This document shows, in pieces, positions 24,231 through 36,715 of a stretch of DNA of 64,000 nucleotides. Origin of the DNA: Octopus sinensis. Lineage: Eukaryota. The stretch's first letter is position 1, and each line of letters starts with the position of its first letter. The stretch covers positions 19,964,001 through 20,028,000 of the forward strand of contig NC_043001.1 in assembly GCF_006345805.1 (NCBI RefSeq), written 5' to 3'. Below the pieces are notes generated by a model, which did not search any database, was not told the origin of the DNA, and was given only the letters and a program-made list of their open reading frames with translations. The position numbers and the translations under genes were made by a program.

Positions 24231-25488
24231 AATTTAAATGAGGAAAATAGAAATTTAAAATTGATGTTACGATCGTTTCAGTAAACGGGCACTTTTTTTT
24301 ATATTCCATACCACATTTATAGATATGTAGTGTATACGATATATGCAACATATGCAATAAAATAAAAATTACTATTGTTCATTCAATTTGATTAGACATC
24401 ATTATCCGAAACATAATCGACTTAAGAAATAAACATGTGTTGCACGATAAATTTATAACATTTCCTAGACATGTTGACGCCATTCAAATGCGCAAGCGAG
24501 CGTATATGTGTGTACGTTTGTCTCCTTGTTTTGATATGCAATAATCGTAAATGGATGTCTTAAGCGGTGGCATTCCCCTCCAATCTTCCATGAAAATGTT
24601 TGGCAAAACATGTGAGGATTGAGGACAGGAAAGGCATCCTGACATAGAAAAATCTACTTCAATAAGCTCCACTTGACTCATGCAAGCATGAAAAATGGAC
24701 GTCAAAACGATGATGATGTGTTTGTGTGTGTATATATGTATGTGTGTTTGTGCACGCATTTGTATATATTTAATGAGAATATAACAATATTTTAGTTGTT
24801 TCGTTGAATGAAAACCACAATGTATGAGTAGGATGAGAATTTTGAGGAAAAAATTTCGTGACTATGGCCATTAAACAGAAACAATAGCAAGGCATTACAT
24901 GAAAACATACATAGAAAGCAAAATAGTCAATGCATTTATAAATGGACAGACAAACGGCAAATAGTCCCCCACAAATACACAGTTGCATCAGTCGCATTCG
25001 TAGACATACATAAATTCACAATACATTATACATAATAGATCAAACTCAATACATGCTTACAATACGCAACAGATACACGCCATACACGTTCATAAGCATC
25101 ACAATATTTGTTCAGTTTCTGATGGATTTATTCAATAATGATGTTGGAGATAAACGTCACTGGCTGCCAATATTGATGGCAGGACGGAGTCAGATGTTAA
25201 AATGTATGTTTAGTCAACTTCATATTAACAGTGATGCAATAATATGGGAGAATAAAGTAATAAAGTGTCTGACATTATGGTTTGCAAAGCATGTTTCTGT
25301 TGCTCTGTTTTAGCAGCATTAGCGATATGCTGAAATCTGCGACATATCGATAAAAAGAAACATCGTTATAAATATAATAGTTTCACAAACCAATGAGGTC
25401 GCTTGAACAGCTAGAAATAGCAGCTAAATCTCCCTCAAATTACATTCTAATGTCTTAAAAAATAGACACATTGGATAATGTAGTTTGG

Positions 25489-25927
25489 GGATCTTTTCGG
25501 TTTGAACGGCAGTTTTTAGCATAATTTCTAGGTAACTAAAAAATTTTAACTTCGTATACTGGTAGAATGTGTTTATAAAACATCTTTTTCTCTTGGCTTT
25601 ATTGAGAAAATTCTATGGTTTGTAAGATATTTGTTGTTGTTTTTCTTCAATTTCTGCAATTTCAACCAATCAATGACGTCTATTGGAGGTGAATACATTC
25701 TGTGCCGTATGAATATGTCCCTTGTTTAAGAAACAGATTGGGTTTATTTACATTTCTGAAGAAAAAAAGATACCCTTCCCCCCACCCCTAACCCTAACTA
25801 ACCCAAACTCTAACCCTAACCCTAAAACAGATTGAAATGCAATGGATCGGTACTAGGGTCATAATTATGAGTGACAATTTCATATGACACCACTAGAAAA
25901 AAACTGCCGTTCAAACCGAAAAGATCC
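25489..25927. mobile_element. TIR MITE with internal CCCTAA-like repeats, inserted in a family G repeat
   Basis: About 29-bp TIR GGATCTTTTCGGTTTGAACGGCAGTTTTT; GATAATGTAGT repeated on both flanks (25474-25484, 25929-25939). Confidence 0.85.
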
Positions 25928-26662
25928 AGATAATGTAGTCCTAGGTAGATAAAGTAGGGTGATCACTGTCGCAAAACCTTTGATGATAGGTCTACTCAAT
26001 CATGGTTGACCCAGGGTTAAACGACAGCAAAGAAATTCACTCATCCATGAATACTTTGCCAGTCATTAATGTGCAAAAATAAGTTTTGCTTCTGCTTAAA
26101 AGTACATATTATGATAAAGAAATTAAGTTAATCCAAACATATTGAAGTTTTAAATTGGATATATGAAATTCACAAAAAATGATGAAATTTCTGTTTTTTA
26201 AAAAAAATGAATTATTTATATTATCGATATTTTCTCCTGATATATAACACAGACTTTCATATCTGTCAAACTTTCTATATTTTCATTTAAAAGATGTTAA
26301 AATTCACTCATTACCATATGAAAAGATTCAATCTTAGAATGGCTCATCATAATCATAGCCTAATCTAAATAAAGATGTGTTCAGCAAACTGTTCTTACAC
26401 AACTTTATTCATAGTTTCTTAATGATAATCTTTTTCTCTTTCTTTCTGTCATATATAATCTCAGTTTGATCCTGCTGTGTGGCATTTTAAGAAATTATCT
26501 TCCATCACAGTCTCAGGTAAATGTATGAAAATCTATCAGAAGTGTTCTTGCTCATGGGCAGTAGACTTAAATTCCTTGGTGACATTAGGAAAATTGCTCA
26601 ATTGCAAACATTTAGGTGAGAGTTTTTGGTTTGAGAATAGCTTCCATTCTTCTTCACACTAG

Positions 26663-26748
26663 TCAAGGAGGTCCAAACCGTTTTAACCAAATTAGATCTG
26701 ACCTAAATGTTGACACTGGAGCAATTCTGTTAATGTCGCCAAGACCAG
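26663..26748 (+). CDS. Candidate coding exon
   Basis: Pyrimidine-rich acceptor ttcttcttcacactAG; frame QGGPNRFNQIRSDLNVDTGAILLMSPRP; weak donor GTGGTG; phase-compatible with 22080-22202. Confidence 0.25.
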
Positions 26749-27187
26749 GTGGTGGTGGTGGTGTTATACAAATTAGAATATCTCAGCTTATACTAACTTA
26801 GCACATTTTAAGTAGATTAGATCCATTGAAAGAATGTTTTAAGTCACGTTAAATCAAGATCAAAGGAAGGTGGTGAATAGACAGAATCGTAAGCATGCCA
26901 GACAAATTGTTTAGTGACAAGCATTTCTTCTGGTTATTACAATCTGAGTTCAAATTCTACTGAGGTTAACTTTGCCTTCCACCCTCTTACAGATTGATGA
27001 AATAAGTACCAGTTGAGCACTGAGATTCAACTGGTCCTCTCCCACAAAATTTATACTAGAGGCACAAGGCTTATAGTAGAAAGAAGAAAAAAATGAAGGT
27101 CATAGGAGCTACCTTTCGACTTTTGACTAGGCCATTTAAAAAAAAGAACCTCGCTACATGATTTCTTTAAAATAAATAATAAATAAA

Positions 27188-27685
27188 TGCGCCCTTTTAA
27201 AGCCTAGCCAGGCTCATGGGCCTGGTTTCCCGGTTTCAATGGCATATGTGTTCCCCAGCTGGACAGGACGCCAGTCCATCGCAACGTTACTCATTTTTGC
27301 CAGCTGAGTGGACTGGAGCAACGTGAAATGAAGTGCTTTGCTCAAGAACACAACGCGTCGCCCAGTCAAAGAATCGAAACCACAATCTTACGATCATGAT
27401 GCTGACACCCTAACCACTAAGCCACGCGCCTCCACTTGCGCCCTTTTAAAGCCTAGCCAGGCTCATGGGCCCAGTTTCCCGGTTTTGATGGCATATGTGT
27501 TCCCCAGCTGGACAGGACGCCAGTCCATTGCAACGTTACTCATTTTTGCCAGCTGAGTGGACTGGAGCAACGTGAAATGAAGTGCTTTGCTCAAGAACAC
27601 AACGCGTCGCCCAGCCCAAGAATCGAAACCACAATCTTACGATCATGATGCTGACACCCTAACCACTAAGCCATGTACCTCCACA
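27188..27685 (-). mobile_element. Two tandem family F SINE copies
   Basis: Two about 248-bp near-identical head + CORE-like + V-like tail units. Confidence 0.9.
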
Positions 27686-27841
27686 CACAAGATTTCTTTA
27701 TGGAACATAACTCACTGCATTTTTATTCAATAAACTTTACAATTTCATTACTTCAAATTTTCAAGTATCATTATTAGTTTCCGTGTCTATTTTCCTACCT
27801 AATGCTTCTTACAAATATAAGTTCTGATACCCTTTTTTAAG

Positions 27842-28070
27842 TTACTCTTTTACTCTTTTACTCTTTTACTTGTTTCAGTCAGTTGACTGCGGCCATGCTG
27901 GAGCATCGCTTTTAGTCGAGCAACTCGACCCCGGGACTTATTCTTTGTAAGCCCAGTACTTATTCTATCGGTCTCTTTTGCTGAACCGCTAAGTGACGGG
28001 GACATAAACACACCAGCATCGGTTGTCAAGCAATGCTAGGGGGACAAACACAGATGCACAAACATACATG

Positions 28071-28118
<48 letters not shown>

Positions 28119-28273
28119 TACGACGGGCTTCTTTCAGTTTCCGTCTACCAAATCCACTCACAAGGCATTGGTCGGCCCGAGGCTATAGTAGAAGACACTT
28201 GCCCAAGGTGCCACGCAGTGGGACTGAACCCGGAACCATGTGGTTGGTAAGCAAGCTACTTACCACACAGCCA
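27842..28273 (-). mobile_element. Family B SINE, full length
   Basis: Reverse complement of family B. Confidence 0.9.
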
Positions 28274-29211
28274 GTAGGGATTTGAAGTTACATTTCTATT
28301 CATCATTGCATAACAAACAAGCCAAGATTTTGAGTTCTAGCTGTAATTCTTTAACTCTAAATAAACAGTATGTAAAGTAAAGTTTATATATGCTTCAGTA
28401 GCACTCAGTATAAACTTTAAAGTACTAAGCTATCACTTAAATTTCGAGTCAGCTTGTTCACTTCCTTTGTTTTAGTTATGATGTAATACTTATTTACGTT
28501 CCTTTTGCTTTATAACATAGCTAAGATTTCTCATTAACAATTAGCTTATTCCAGATGTTGGCAAGTATATCAAAATGGAAAAGCTTATGCCTCAGATTAC
28601 TTTTGAAACTATTCTCAATTGTTTAGGTATATATATGTAGATGTGTGTATGTGTGTGTGTAAATGAGAGAGAAAGTGAGACAGAGAAAGCAAGAGAGAAA
28701 GTGAGAGAAGGAAAGAGATAGAGAAAGCAAGAGAGAGAGAGAAGGAAAGAGATAGAGAAAGCAAAAGAGAGAGAGATGTTAGCTCCCGAAATAGTTGTCC
28801 TTTAGCAGTCAGCTGTCATTTGTAATGTACTAATATTCTATGTCCAAATCTCCTGGCAACTGCGACCACTATACCATTCATCATTGTTTTTATTACCTTT
28901 GATTGTTCATTAGAAATTAATTACCGATTATTCATGAAAGAGGTCAAGAATTTTAACATTACTGTTTGCAAAGGCCATGGCTTCCAGAGGTTAATGTTAT
29001 TTTGACAACAGCTTTCATTTCTATCCTTAAAAATCTACTAACTTATTATGGAATATTATTAGCATCTAATGAAATTTAAAAGCAATGACAGACTATTAAT
29101 GGTCATTTTCATGTAAATCTATCTTACACTGTTTTAACCAGTTCCTTTTCCAAATACTGTCAGTATTCTATGGCTACTTATAATGACTCCCTTAGATTTG
29201 TATTTAGAGCT

Positions 29212-29509
29212 TTATTACCTCTGCCTCAGTGAAGGCAAAGGTGTTGTTTTAAGTCGTGTTTGTTTGTCTGTGGACAAGATATCTCAAGAACTGCTGGATG
29301 GATTCAGATGAAACTTTCAGGGATGTTTGGCCTTGCGACTGACACGAACAGGAGTGGCTGTGTGGTAAGTAGCCTGCTTACCAGCCACATGGTTCCGGGT
29401 TCAGTCCCACTGCGTGGCATCTTGGGCAAGTGTCTTCTGCTATAGCCCCGGGCCGACCAATGCCTTGTGAGTGGATTTGGTAGACGGAAACTGAAAGATG
29501 CCCGTCGTA

Positions 29510-29560
<51 letters not shown>

Positions 29561-30003
29561 TTGTGTGTCTGTGTTTGTCCCCCTAGCATTGCTTGACAAC
29601 TGATGCTGGTGTGTTTACGTCCCCGTCACTTAGCGGTTTGGCAAAAGAGACCAATAGAATAAGTACTAGGCTTACAAAGAATAAGTCCCGAGGTTGATTT
29701 GCTCGACTAAATGCGGTGCTCCAGCATGGCCGCAGTCAAATGACTGAAACAAGTAAAAGAGTAAAGAGAACTGATTAGATTTGGGGATCGATCTGGTTCC
29801 AGACAAGGATTCTGGATTATTTTTCCTGTTTCTTTTTACTTAATTTTTGAGAGCGGTCAGGTTCATTTTTAAGTACTCTCGTTTGTGAGAGCAGAGGAAT
29901 TTATTTCGGATATTCTCATCTTAAAAAATAATCTCTGACTAATCATTGAGAGAACGTTGGTGTTGTCTTGACGGAGGTTTGCACTCTCTGAGGGCTCTTG
30001 TTT
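29212..30003 (+). mobile_element. Non-autonomous Helentron-type (HINE-like) element interrupted by a family B SINE
   Basis: 5' ttattacctctgcc with gtttgtttgtctgt; 3' gacggaggt subterminal inverted repeat then gcactctctgagggc hairpin and T-run. Confidence 0.55.
29350..29769 (+). mobile_element. Family B SINE
   Basis: Full family B body. Confidence 0.9.
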
Positions 30004-30340
30004 AATCTATTTTCCTGTTAGTTTCGGTTTAATGAACTGTGTCATTCATAATTTTAAAGAACAGGGATCAAACTTCGTGTCTGTCACATTCTAGGCAACT
30101 GTGCTACCTAGTACACTTCAGTGCTATTTTTCTTCTATCTTTTACTTGTTTCAGTTATTAAACTGCAGCCATGCTGGGGCAACACCTCAAATGAATAGAC
30201 CCCAGTGCTTAATTTTTGTTTTAAGCCTAGTACTTATCCTTCCAGTTTCTTTTATCTAACCATTAAATTATGGGGGCATAAACACACCACACCAGTTATC
30301 AAGTGATGGTGTGGGACAAACACAGACACAGATACACATG

Positions 30341-30392
<52 letters not shown>

Positions 30393-30422
30393 CATGCATG
30401 CATGTTCAAAAATGTACACATA

Positions 30423-30840
30423 CAGGCGCAGGAGTGGCTGTGTGGTAAGTAGCTTGCTTACCAACCACATGGTTCCGGGTTCAGTCCCACTGCGTGGCAT
30501 CTTGGGCAAGTGTCTTCTACTATAGCATCAGGCCGACCAAAGCCTTGTGAGTGGATTTGGTAGACGGAAACTGAAAGAAGCCTGTTGTATATATGTATAC
30601 ATGTATGTGTGTGTGTTTATATATGTTTGTGAGTCTGTGTTTGTCCCCCCCAACATCGCTTGACAACCGATGCTGGTGTGTTTACATCCCCGTAACTTAG
30701 CAGTTCGGCAAAAGAGACCAATAGAATAAGTACTAAGCTTACAAAGAATAAGTCCTGGGGTCGATTTGCTCAACTAAAGGTGGTGCTCTGGCATGGCCAC
30801 AGTCAAATGACTGAAACAAGTAAAAGAGTAAAAGAGTAAG
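30423..30840 (+). mobile_element. Family B SINE, full length
   Basis: aggcgcaggagtggctgtgtgg head through the tail. Confidence 0.9.
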
Positions 30841-31202
30841 CATAATTAGATGCTCATACACATAAACAGAAGGAGAGACTGAGAGAGAGGAGGGAGAGAA
30901 AGAGATCAACATTAAAAGAAGAGAAACACTAAAATATTTGATATGAAATAAACTTACAAGAGAATGTGAACTGATTCTTTTGTTTTGAAATATCTCGAAG
31001 CACACACCTAAAGCAATAAATTATAGCATGTAAGTATTAGATTGAAAACCTTTTTGGACTCCATGGATAGCCTTCATTATTTTCTATCTAAATGGAGTTT
31101 TTACCACCCACTATTTTATGTGCTATTATTAATATCTTTATGTGTGTGCTTTGTGATATTCTAAAAGAGGATTAATACATTTATATTATTTTTTACAGAA
31201 GT

Positions 31203-31620
31203 TAAGGTGGTGAGCTGGCAGAAACGTTAGCATGCCAGGCGAAATTCTCAACAGCATTTCGTTTGTCGCTACGTTCTGAGTTCAAATTCCGCCGAGGTCA
31301 ACTTTGCCTTTCATCCTTTTGGGGTCGATTAAATAAGTACCAGTTATGCACTGGGGTCGATATAATCGACTTAATCCATTTGTCTGTCCTTGTTTGTCCT
31401 CTCTGTGTTTAGCCCCTTGTGGGTAGTAAAGAAATAGGTATTTCGTCTGCCGTTACGTTCTGAGTTCAAATTCTGCCGAGGTCAACTTTGCCTTTCATCC
31501 TTTCAGGGTCGATTAAATAAGTACCAGTTATGCACTAGGGTCGATCTAATTGACTTAATCTGTTTGTCTGTCCTTGTTTGTCCCCTCTCTGTTTATCCTT
31601 TTGTGGGCAATAATAAAAAA
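31203..31620 (+). mobile_element. Family C SINE with two body units
   Basis: aaggtggtgagctggcagaaacgttagc head. Confidence 0.9.
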
Positions 31621-32376
31621 AAATATTATAAGGTGGTGAGCTGACAGAATTATTGGCATGCCAGAGAAACTACTTCATGGCATTTTGTCTGTCTTTGCAT
31701 TTTGAGTTGACTTAGCCTTTCATCCTTTCGGGATCTATGAAATTTGTATCAATTGAGCACAGGGATCAATATAATCAATTAGCCCTCTTCCACCAAAATT
31801 CTGGCTTTGTACTCACTGCCAGATTTACTATTGTGTTTAGGTGTGCTTAAGCACAGGGCCTCATTTCACCAGGAGGGGCCCATCTTCCTGTCCCCAAAAG
31901 TTTTTATTTTGAATTTCCTGAGCATGTATGTCTGACTGTCCAAATAAGGGACCTCATAACTTAACTAGCACAAGGCCTCATAACATAACTAGCATAGGGT
32001 CTCATTTGTCCTAAATCCCGCACTGTACGTACTATTATTTATATCTTTACATCTGTACTTTGAGATATTTTAAAACAGAATTAACACATTTATATTATTT
32101 TTTTACAGAAGTTAGGATGGCAACCTGGCAGCAGAATTATTAACATGCAGGACAAAAATACTTAGTGAGATTTCGTCAGTCTTTATGTTCTGAGTTCAAA
32201 TTCTGCTGCTGACTTTTCCTTTCATCCTTTTGTGGGGATTGATAAAATAAGAACCAGTTATGTACAGGGATCAGTGTAATCAACCAAACCTCTTCCCACA
32301 AAACTTTAGGTTTTGTGCCTATAGTAGAGAGGATTATTTTTACAGAAGTTTGTTTAAAAAAATAGATTCAGATTAA

Positions 32377-32496
32377 TCTTACGGCCATCTCACGTTGAAA
32401 GCACCGGTTCTCGTCTGATCACCGAAGTTAAGCAACGTCGAGCCTAGTCAGTACTTAGATGGGTGACCGCTTGGGAAACCTAGGTGCAGTAAGCAT
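32377..32496 (+). rRNA. 5S: Full-length 5S rRNA-derived sequence (pseudogene or SINE head)
   Basis: cttacggccatctcacgttgaaagcaccggttctcgtctgatcaccgaagttaagcaacgtcgagcc...gtacttagatgggtgaccgcttgggaa...; CCTAG/CTAGG helix kept; no oligo-T terminator follows. Confidence 0.9.
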
Positions 32497-32939
32497 AGCA
32501 CATTCTCAATGGCGGTGCCCCAGCATGGCCACAGCTCGTGAGCTGAAACTAGATAAAATAAAAAAAAATAAAATAAAATAATCTCTTGATGTATATCAAA
32601 TGACAAATAAAAATTCCCTGAAGAGACAAATGCATTAAACTTTGAATTGGTTAACAATTATACTTCACTTCTTATTTATTCAATTATTAGAGTAAAGAGT
32701 AAATATTGTTCTAAATTTAGTTGAAGCTACTGTGAGACACTTTGAATAGTTGCTCTTAAAACACACCCAACCCCTGGCAAAGTTCTTTTGCAAGCTTGGA
32801 CATGAACTTAAATGCTGTTAGATTAAACATATTTCATAGAGAGAATGTTAACAATACGTTAACTGGGCAAAAAAATCAGTTTAAAAATATTACAAGCATA
32901 GCTGTTTAGGATTTCTATAGATCCTTCTACTACTTTTAG

Positions 32940-33204
32940 CAACAGCAGCAGCAGCAGTAGCGGAAGGCAGTGGCGGTGGTGGTGGTGGTGGTGGTGGTGG
33001 TTTTAGTAGTAGTAGTAGTTGTAGTAGTAGTAGTAGTGTGGTGGTGGTGGTGGTGGTGGTGGTGGTGGTGGTGGTGGTGGTGGTGGTGGTGGTGGTAGTA
33101 GTAGTAGTGATAGTGGTGGTGGTAGTAGTAATAGTAGTAGTAGTGGTGGTGGTGGGGTAGTAGTAGTAGTAGTAGTAGTAGTGATAGTGGTGGTTGTGGT
33201 GGTG

Positions 33205-33273
<69 letters not shown>

Positions 33274-33419
33274 ATGGTGGTGGTTCTGGCGATGGTGGTG
33301 GTAGTAGTAGTAGTAGTGGTGGTGGTGGTGGTGGTGGTAGTAGTAGTAGTAGTGGTGGTGGTGGTGGTGGTGGTGGTGGTGGTAGTGGTAGTAGTAGTAG
33401 TGGTGGTAGCAGCAGCAGC

Positions 33420-33450
<31 letters not shown>

Positions 33451-33460
33451 ACTTTAAACC
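32940..33460. repeat. (GTA)n/(GTG)n compound tract
   Basis: Directly visible. Confidence 0.97.
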
Positions 33461-34164
33461 ATGCTACTACAGCCATTGTATTTACTGCTCCTTGGTAAGA
33501 CACACAAAACCGTGTCTGGATGAAGCAGGTGAAACAGCGATTTCACTGTAAAAGCAATTACACCAACAATAGACAAACCTCCACTTGAGTTACACACAAG
33601 AATATTCCATGGATTTGAAAGATAAAGGAGGTGACCCAGAACATTATAGACAAGTTAGCATAAACTGTATATCATACGTGATTCTTGAGAGTTCGGAAAG
33701 ACACAAGCTGACAATGGACTTATTCAACAGTGAAGTCTTGTCAATGTAAATTTCTCACTCAATATTTGTATCAAGTAAATCTTTTTAAGTTGTTGCTGTT
33801 GTTGTCGTTGTATGTTTGCGTAGCTCCTGATGGTCTCAGATCAAGCAGAACTTTGATCAATGTGCTCTAGCCATAGACATGTCCTCATAAAGTAACCAAG
33901 ACTACTTTATCCAATGTGTTATTCTATTTTTTCAATAGTAGATTATGGTTTGAGGGGAATTCAGTTGTTCTTTTTTGCAGGTTGAGTGACTGCTCAGAGG
34001 TTTCTTCATTAAATATGTAAATTAACCCTTTAACATTTAAATCAATCATATCTAACCAAAATATTCAACTAATTTTATGTTCAAACTGACCAGATCTGAC
34101 CTCTTCCACCTGCCTTACAATGCCATTCTAAAAATAAACAATTACATCATTCAAATCTCAAGCA

Positions 34165-34749
34165 TAGGCGCAGGAGTGGCTGAGTGGTAAGTAGCTTGCT
34201 TACGAACCACATGGTTCTGGGTTCAGTCCCACTGCGTGGCATCTTGGGCAAGTGTCTTCTACTATAGCCTCAGGCCAACCAAAGCCTTGTGAGTGGATTT
34301 GGTAGATGGAAACTGAAAGAAGCCCGTTGTGTATATATATATATATATGTATGTGTGTGTATATGTTTGTGTGTCTCTGTTTGTCCCCCCCAACATTGCT
34401 TGACAACCGATGCTGGTGTGTTTACATCCCCATAACTTAGCGGTTCAGCAAAACAGACCAATAGAATAAGTACTAGGCTTACAAAGAATAAGTCCTGGGG
34501 TTGATTTGCTCAGCTAAAGGCGGTGCTCCAGCATGGCCACAGTCAAATGACTGAAACAAGTAAAATAGTAAAATAGTATACAAGATAATAATACTATTTT
34601 ACTATTTTACTTGTTTCAGTCATTTGACTGTGGCCATGCTGGAGCACCGCATTTAGCCGAGCAAATCAGCCCCAGGACTTATTCTTTGTAAGCCTAGTAC
34701 TTATTCTATCGGTCTCTTTTGCCGAACCGCTAAGTTACGGGGATGTAAA
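34165..34749. mobile_element. Family B SINE (+) followed tail-to-tail by an inverted copy of its 3' 155 bp
   Basis: Arms 34421-34579 and 34591-34749. Confidence 0.85.
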
Positions 34750-35309
34750 ATATTGTGAATAAATAAGCCTTACGTTTGACAGAGTTATATGAACGTTAAA
34801 GAGTTGAGTGCTTCACTCATAGTCATTCCCTTTAATTTTCCGACAATGTAACAAAGACTACACTATTCAATATATTACTCAATTTTTAAAGTAGATTATG
34901 GTTTGAGGGGAAGTTGGCTGCCCTTCTTGTAGGTTGACTGACTGCTTAGAGGCTTCTTCATTAAATATCTGGATTAATGCATTCAAACTGACAATTTACT
35001 GAGATTTCAAATAAATCTTTCCATCTGTCACACTTGAAATGGTACTATGAAGGCTCTTGGCAGTTTGAAGACAATATAACTCACGGGGGATTTTTCACCA
35101 ATGATATGCACAGGGAAATATGACAAGTCAATGAGAGGCTCTCTACATGGTTGTTTAGCCAGCTAGAAACAGCAGGCAAATCTACCTTAAATCACAAACT
35201 ACTGACTTGAAATAGGAGTTTATATATTATGATAATGTAATATGTCTAGCTATACTATGTATGAAGCACTTTTGATCATGTTTGCTTGATTAGGGCTGAC
35301 CTGAAAGAG

Positions 35310-35357
35310 GAGGAAGAGAAGAAGAAGAAGAAGAAGAAGAAGAAGAAGAAGAAGAAG

Positions 35358-35424
<67 letters not shown>

Positions 35425-35605
35425 GGTGGTGTGGTGGTGGTGGTGGTGGTGGTGGTGGTGGTGGTGTTGGTGATGGCAGTGGTGGTGGTGGTGGTGGTAG
35501 TGGTGGTGGTAGTAGTGATGGTGGTGGTGGTGGTGTTGGTGATGGTGATGGTGGTGGTGGTGGTGGTGGTGGTGGTAGTGGTAGTAGTAGTAGTAGTAGT
35601 AGTTT
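35310..35605. repeat. (GAA)n/(GTA)n/(GTG)n compound tract
   Basis: Directly visible. Confidence 0.97.
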
Positions 35606-36359
35606 TTTGTTCACTTCTGTTTGATATATGCACCATCATGTCTGAATGTAAAAACGAGCCATACTTGAAATATGATGATACACATTTTCTTGTGTTCTGA
35701 TTAATAGCCTCAACCAATAACACCAAAATGTCTTGGAAAACTCTCACTCCCATTTTACTCTCCTTTCTTTCAACTATTTAAAAATTTTTTTTTTCACTTT
35801 CTTCAAATATATATATACATTCTCAGTGCTTCATAAACTTCAAAAATTCTTTTTCACAAAAGAAGGACTTTAGCTGAAGGATTGGGATTCTAGTTTCTCT
35901 TCGGCACTACAATCTTATCCTAATTTACAAACTTCCACCTAATACATCATAACTTGGTTGATTGGGAGAAAAGACAGAAACTAAAAAACAGAAATAGATG
36001 CTAAAACAGAGCATAATATTGAAAAAAAAAATTACATTCTAAGTTAAAATCTGAGATACTATGTAAGCTCTGAATGAAAATTACCTTCTGACTGAAGCAC
36101 AAATTAAATAAAACAATTACTTGAGTATTATCATAGAACTGATAACTCTAATTTTCAGAGCTGGGGTGGGCACTAATGATTCCATTGTCTCAACCACAGT
36201 CGAACAATGATGATGATGATTAATGATTGATTTCTTTAGAATTTTAGCTTCTGACCCATTACATGCATATATGGATGATCTTTACTATATCTTTTGCACT
36301 TTGGTCTACTAACTGCAGCTAAATGTATGTCAGATTAGACAAACCAATGAAAGAGCTAC

Positions 36360-36715
36360 TACAAGGTTGATCGACCTGCTAGAAATAGCAGCTAAATTTT
36401 ACTCAAGTCACTACTCTGCCATCTTGAAACATATAAAAAGGAAGGACACACTTGAGAATATCATATGAGATAAAGTATGGCAGATAAGAAAGGATTATCA
36501 TTCTGCCTTAGATCATAGGTCTGCAGATATAGCAGCTAAATTTTATTCGAATCACCACTCTGCCATCTTGAAACATACAAAAAAGGAAGGACATATTGGA
36601 TAATATGATATGAGATAAAGTATGTAAGATGAGAAAGGATGGTCATAGTTAGACTGCCTTAGATCAATGAGTGCCTGCTCAGTGACTGTTGACCTTGGAC
36701 TAAACAACAACAGTA
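36360..36715 (+). mobile_element. Family G SINE-like repeat with internal about 150-bp duplication
   Basis: (a)atagcagctaaatttta...aggaaggacac twice, ending ggactaaacaacaac; relatives near 1690-1880, 2440-2645 and 25400-26030. Confidence 0.6.

Noticed and set aside
25786-25825. Telomere or chromosome-fusion relic
   Set aside because: It is a short degenerate tract inside a TIR element.
32377-32496. Functional 5S rRNA gene
   Set aside because: It is solitary, has no oligo-T terminator and is fused to a retroelement tail. Kept only as 5S-derived sequence.
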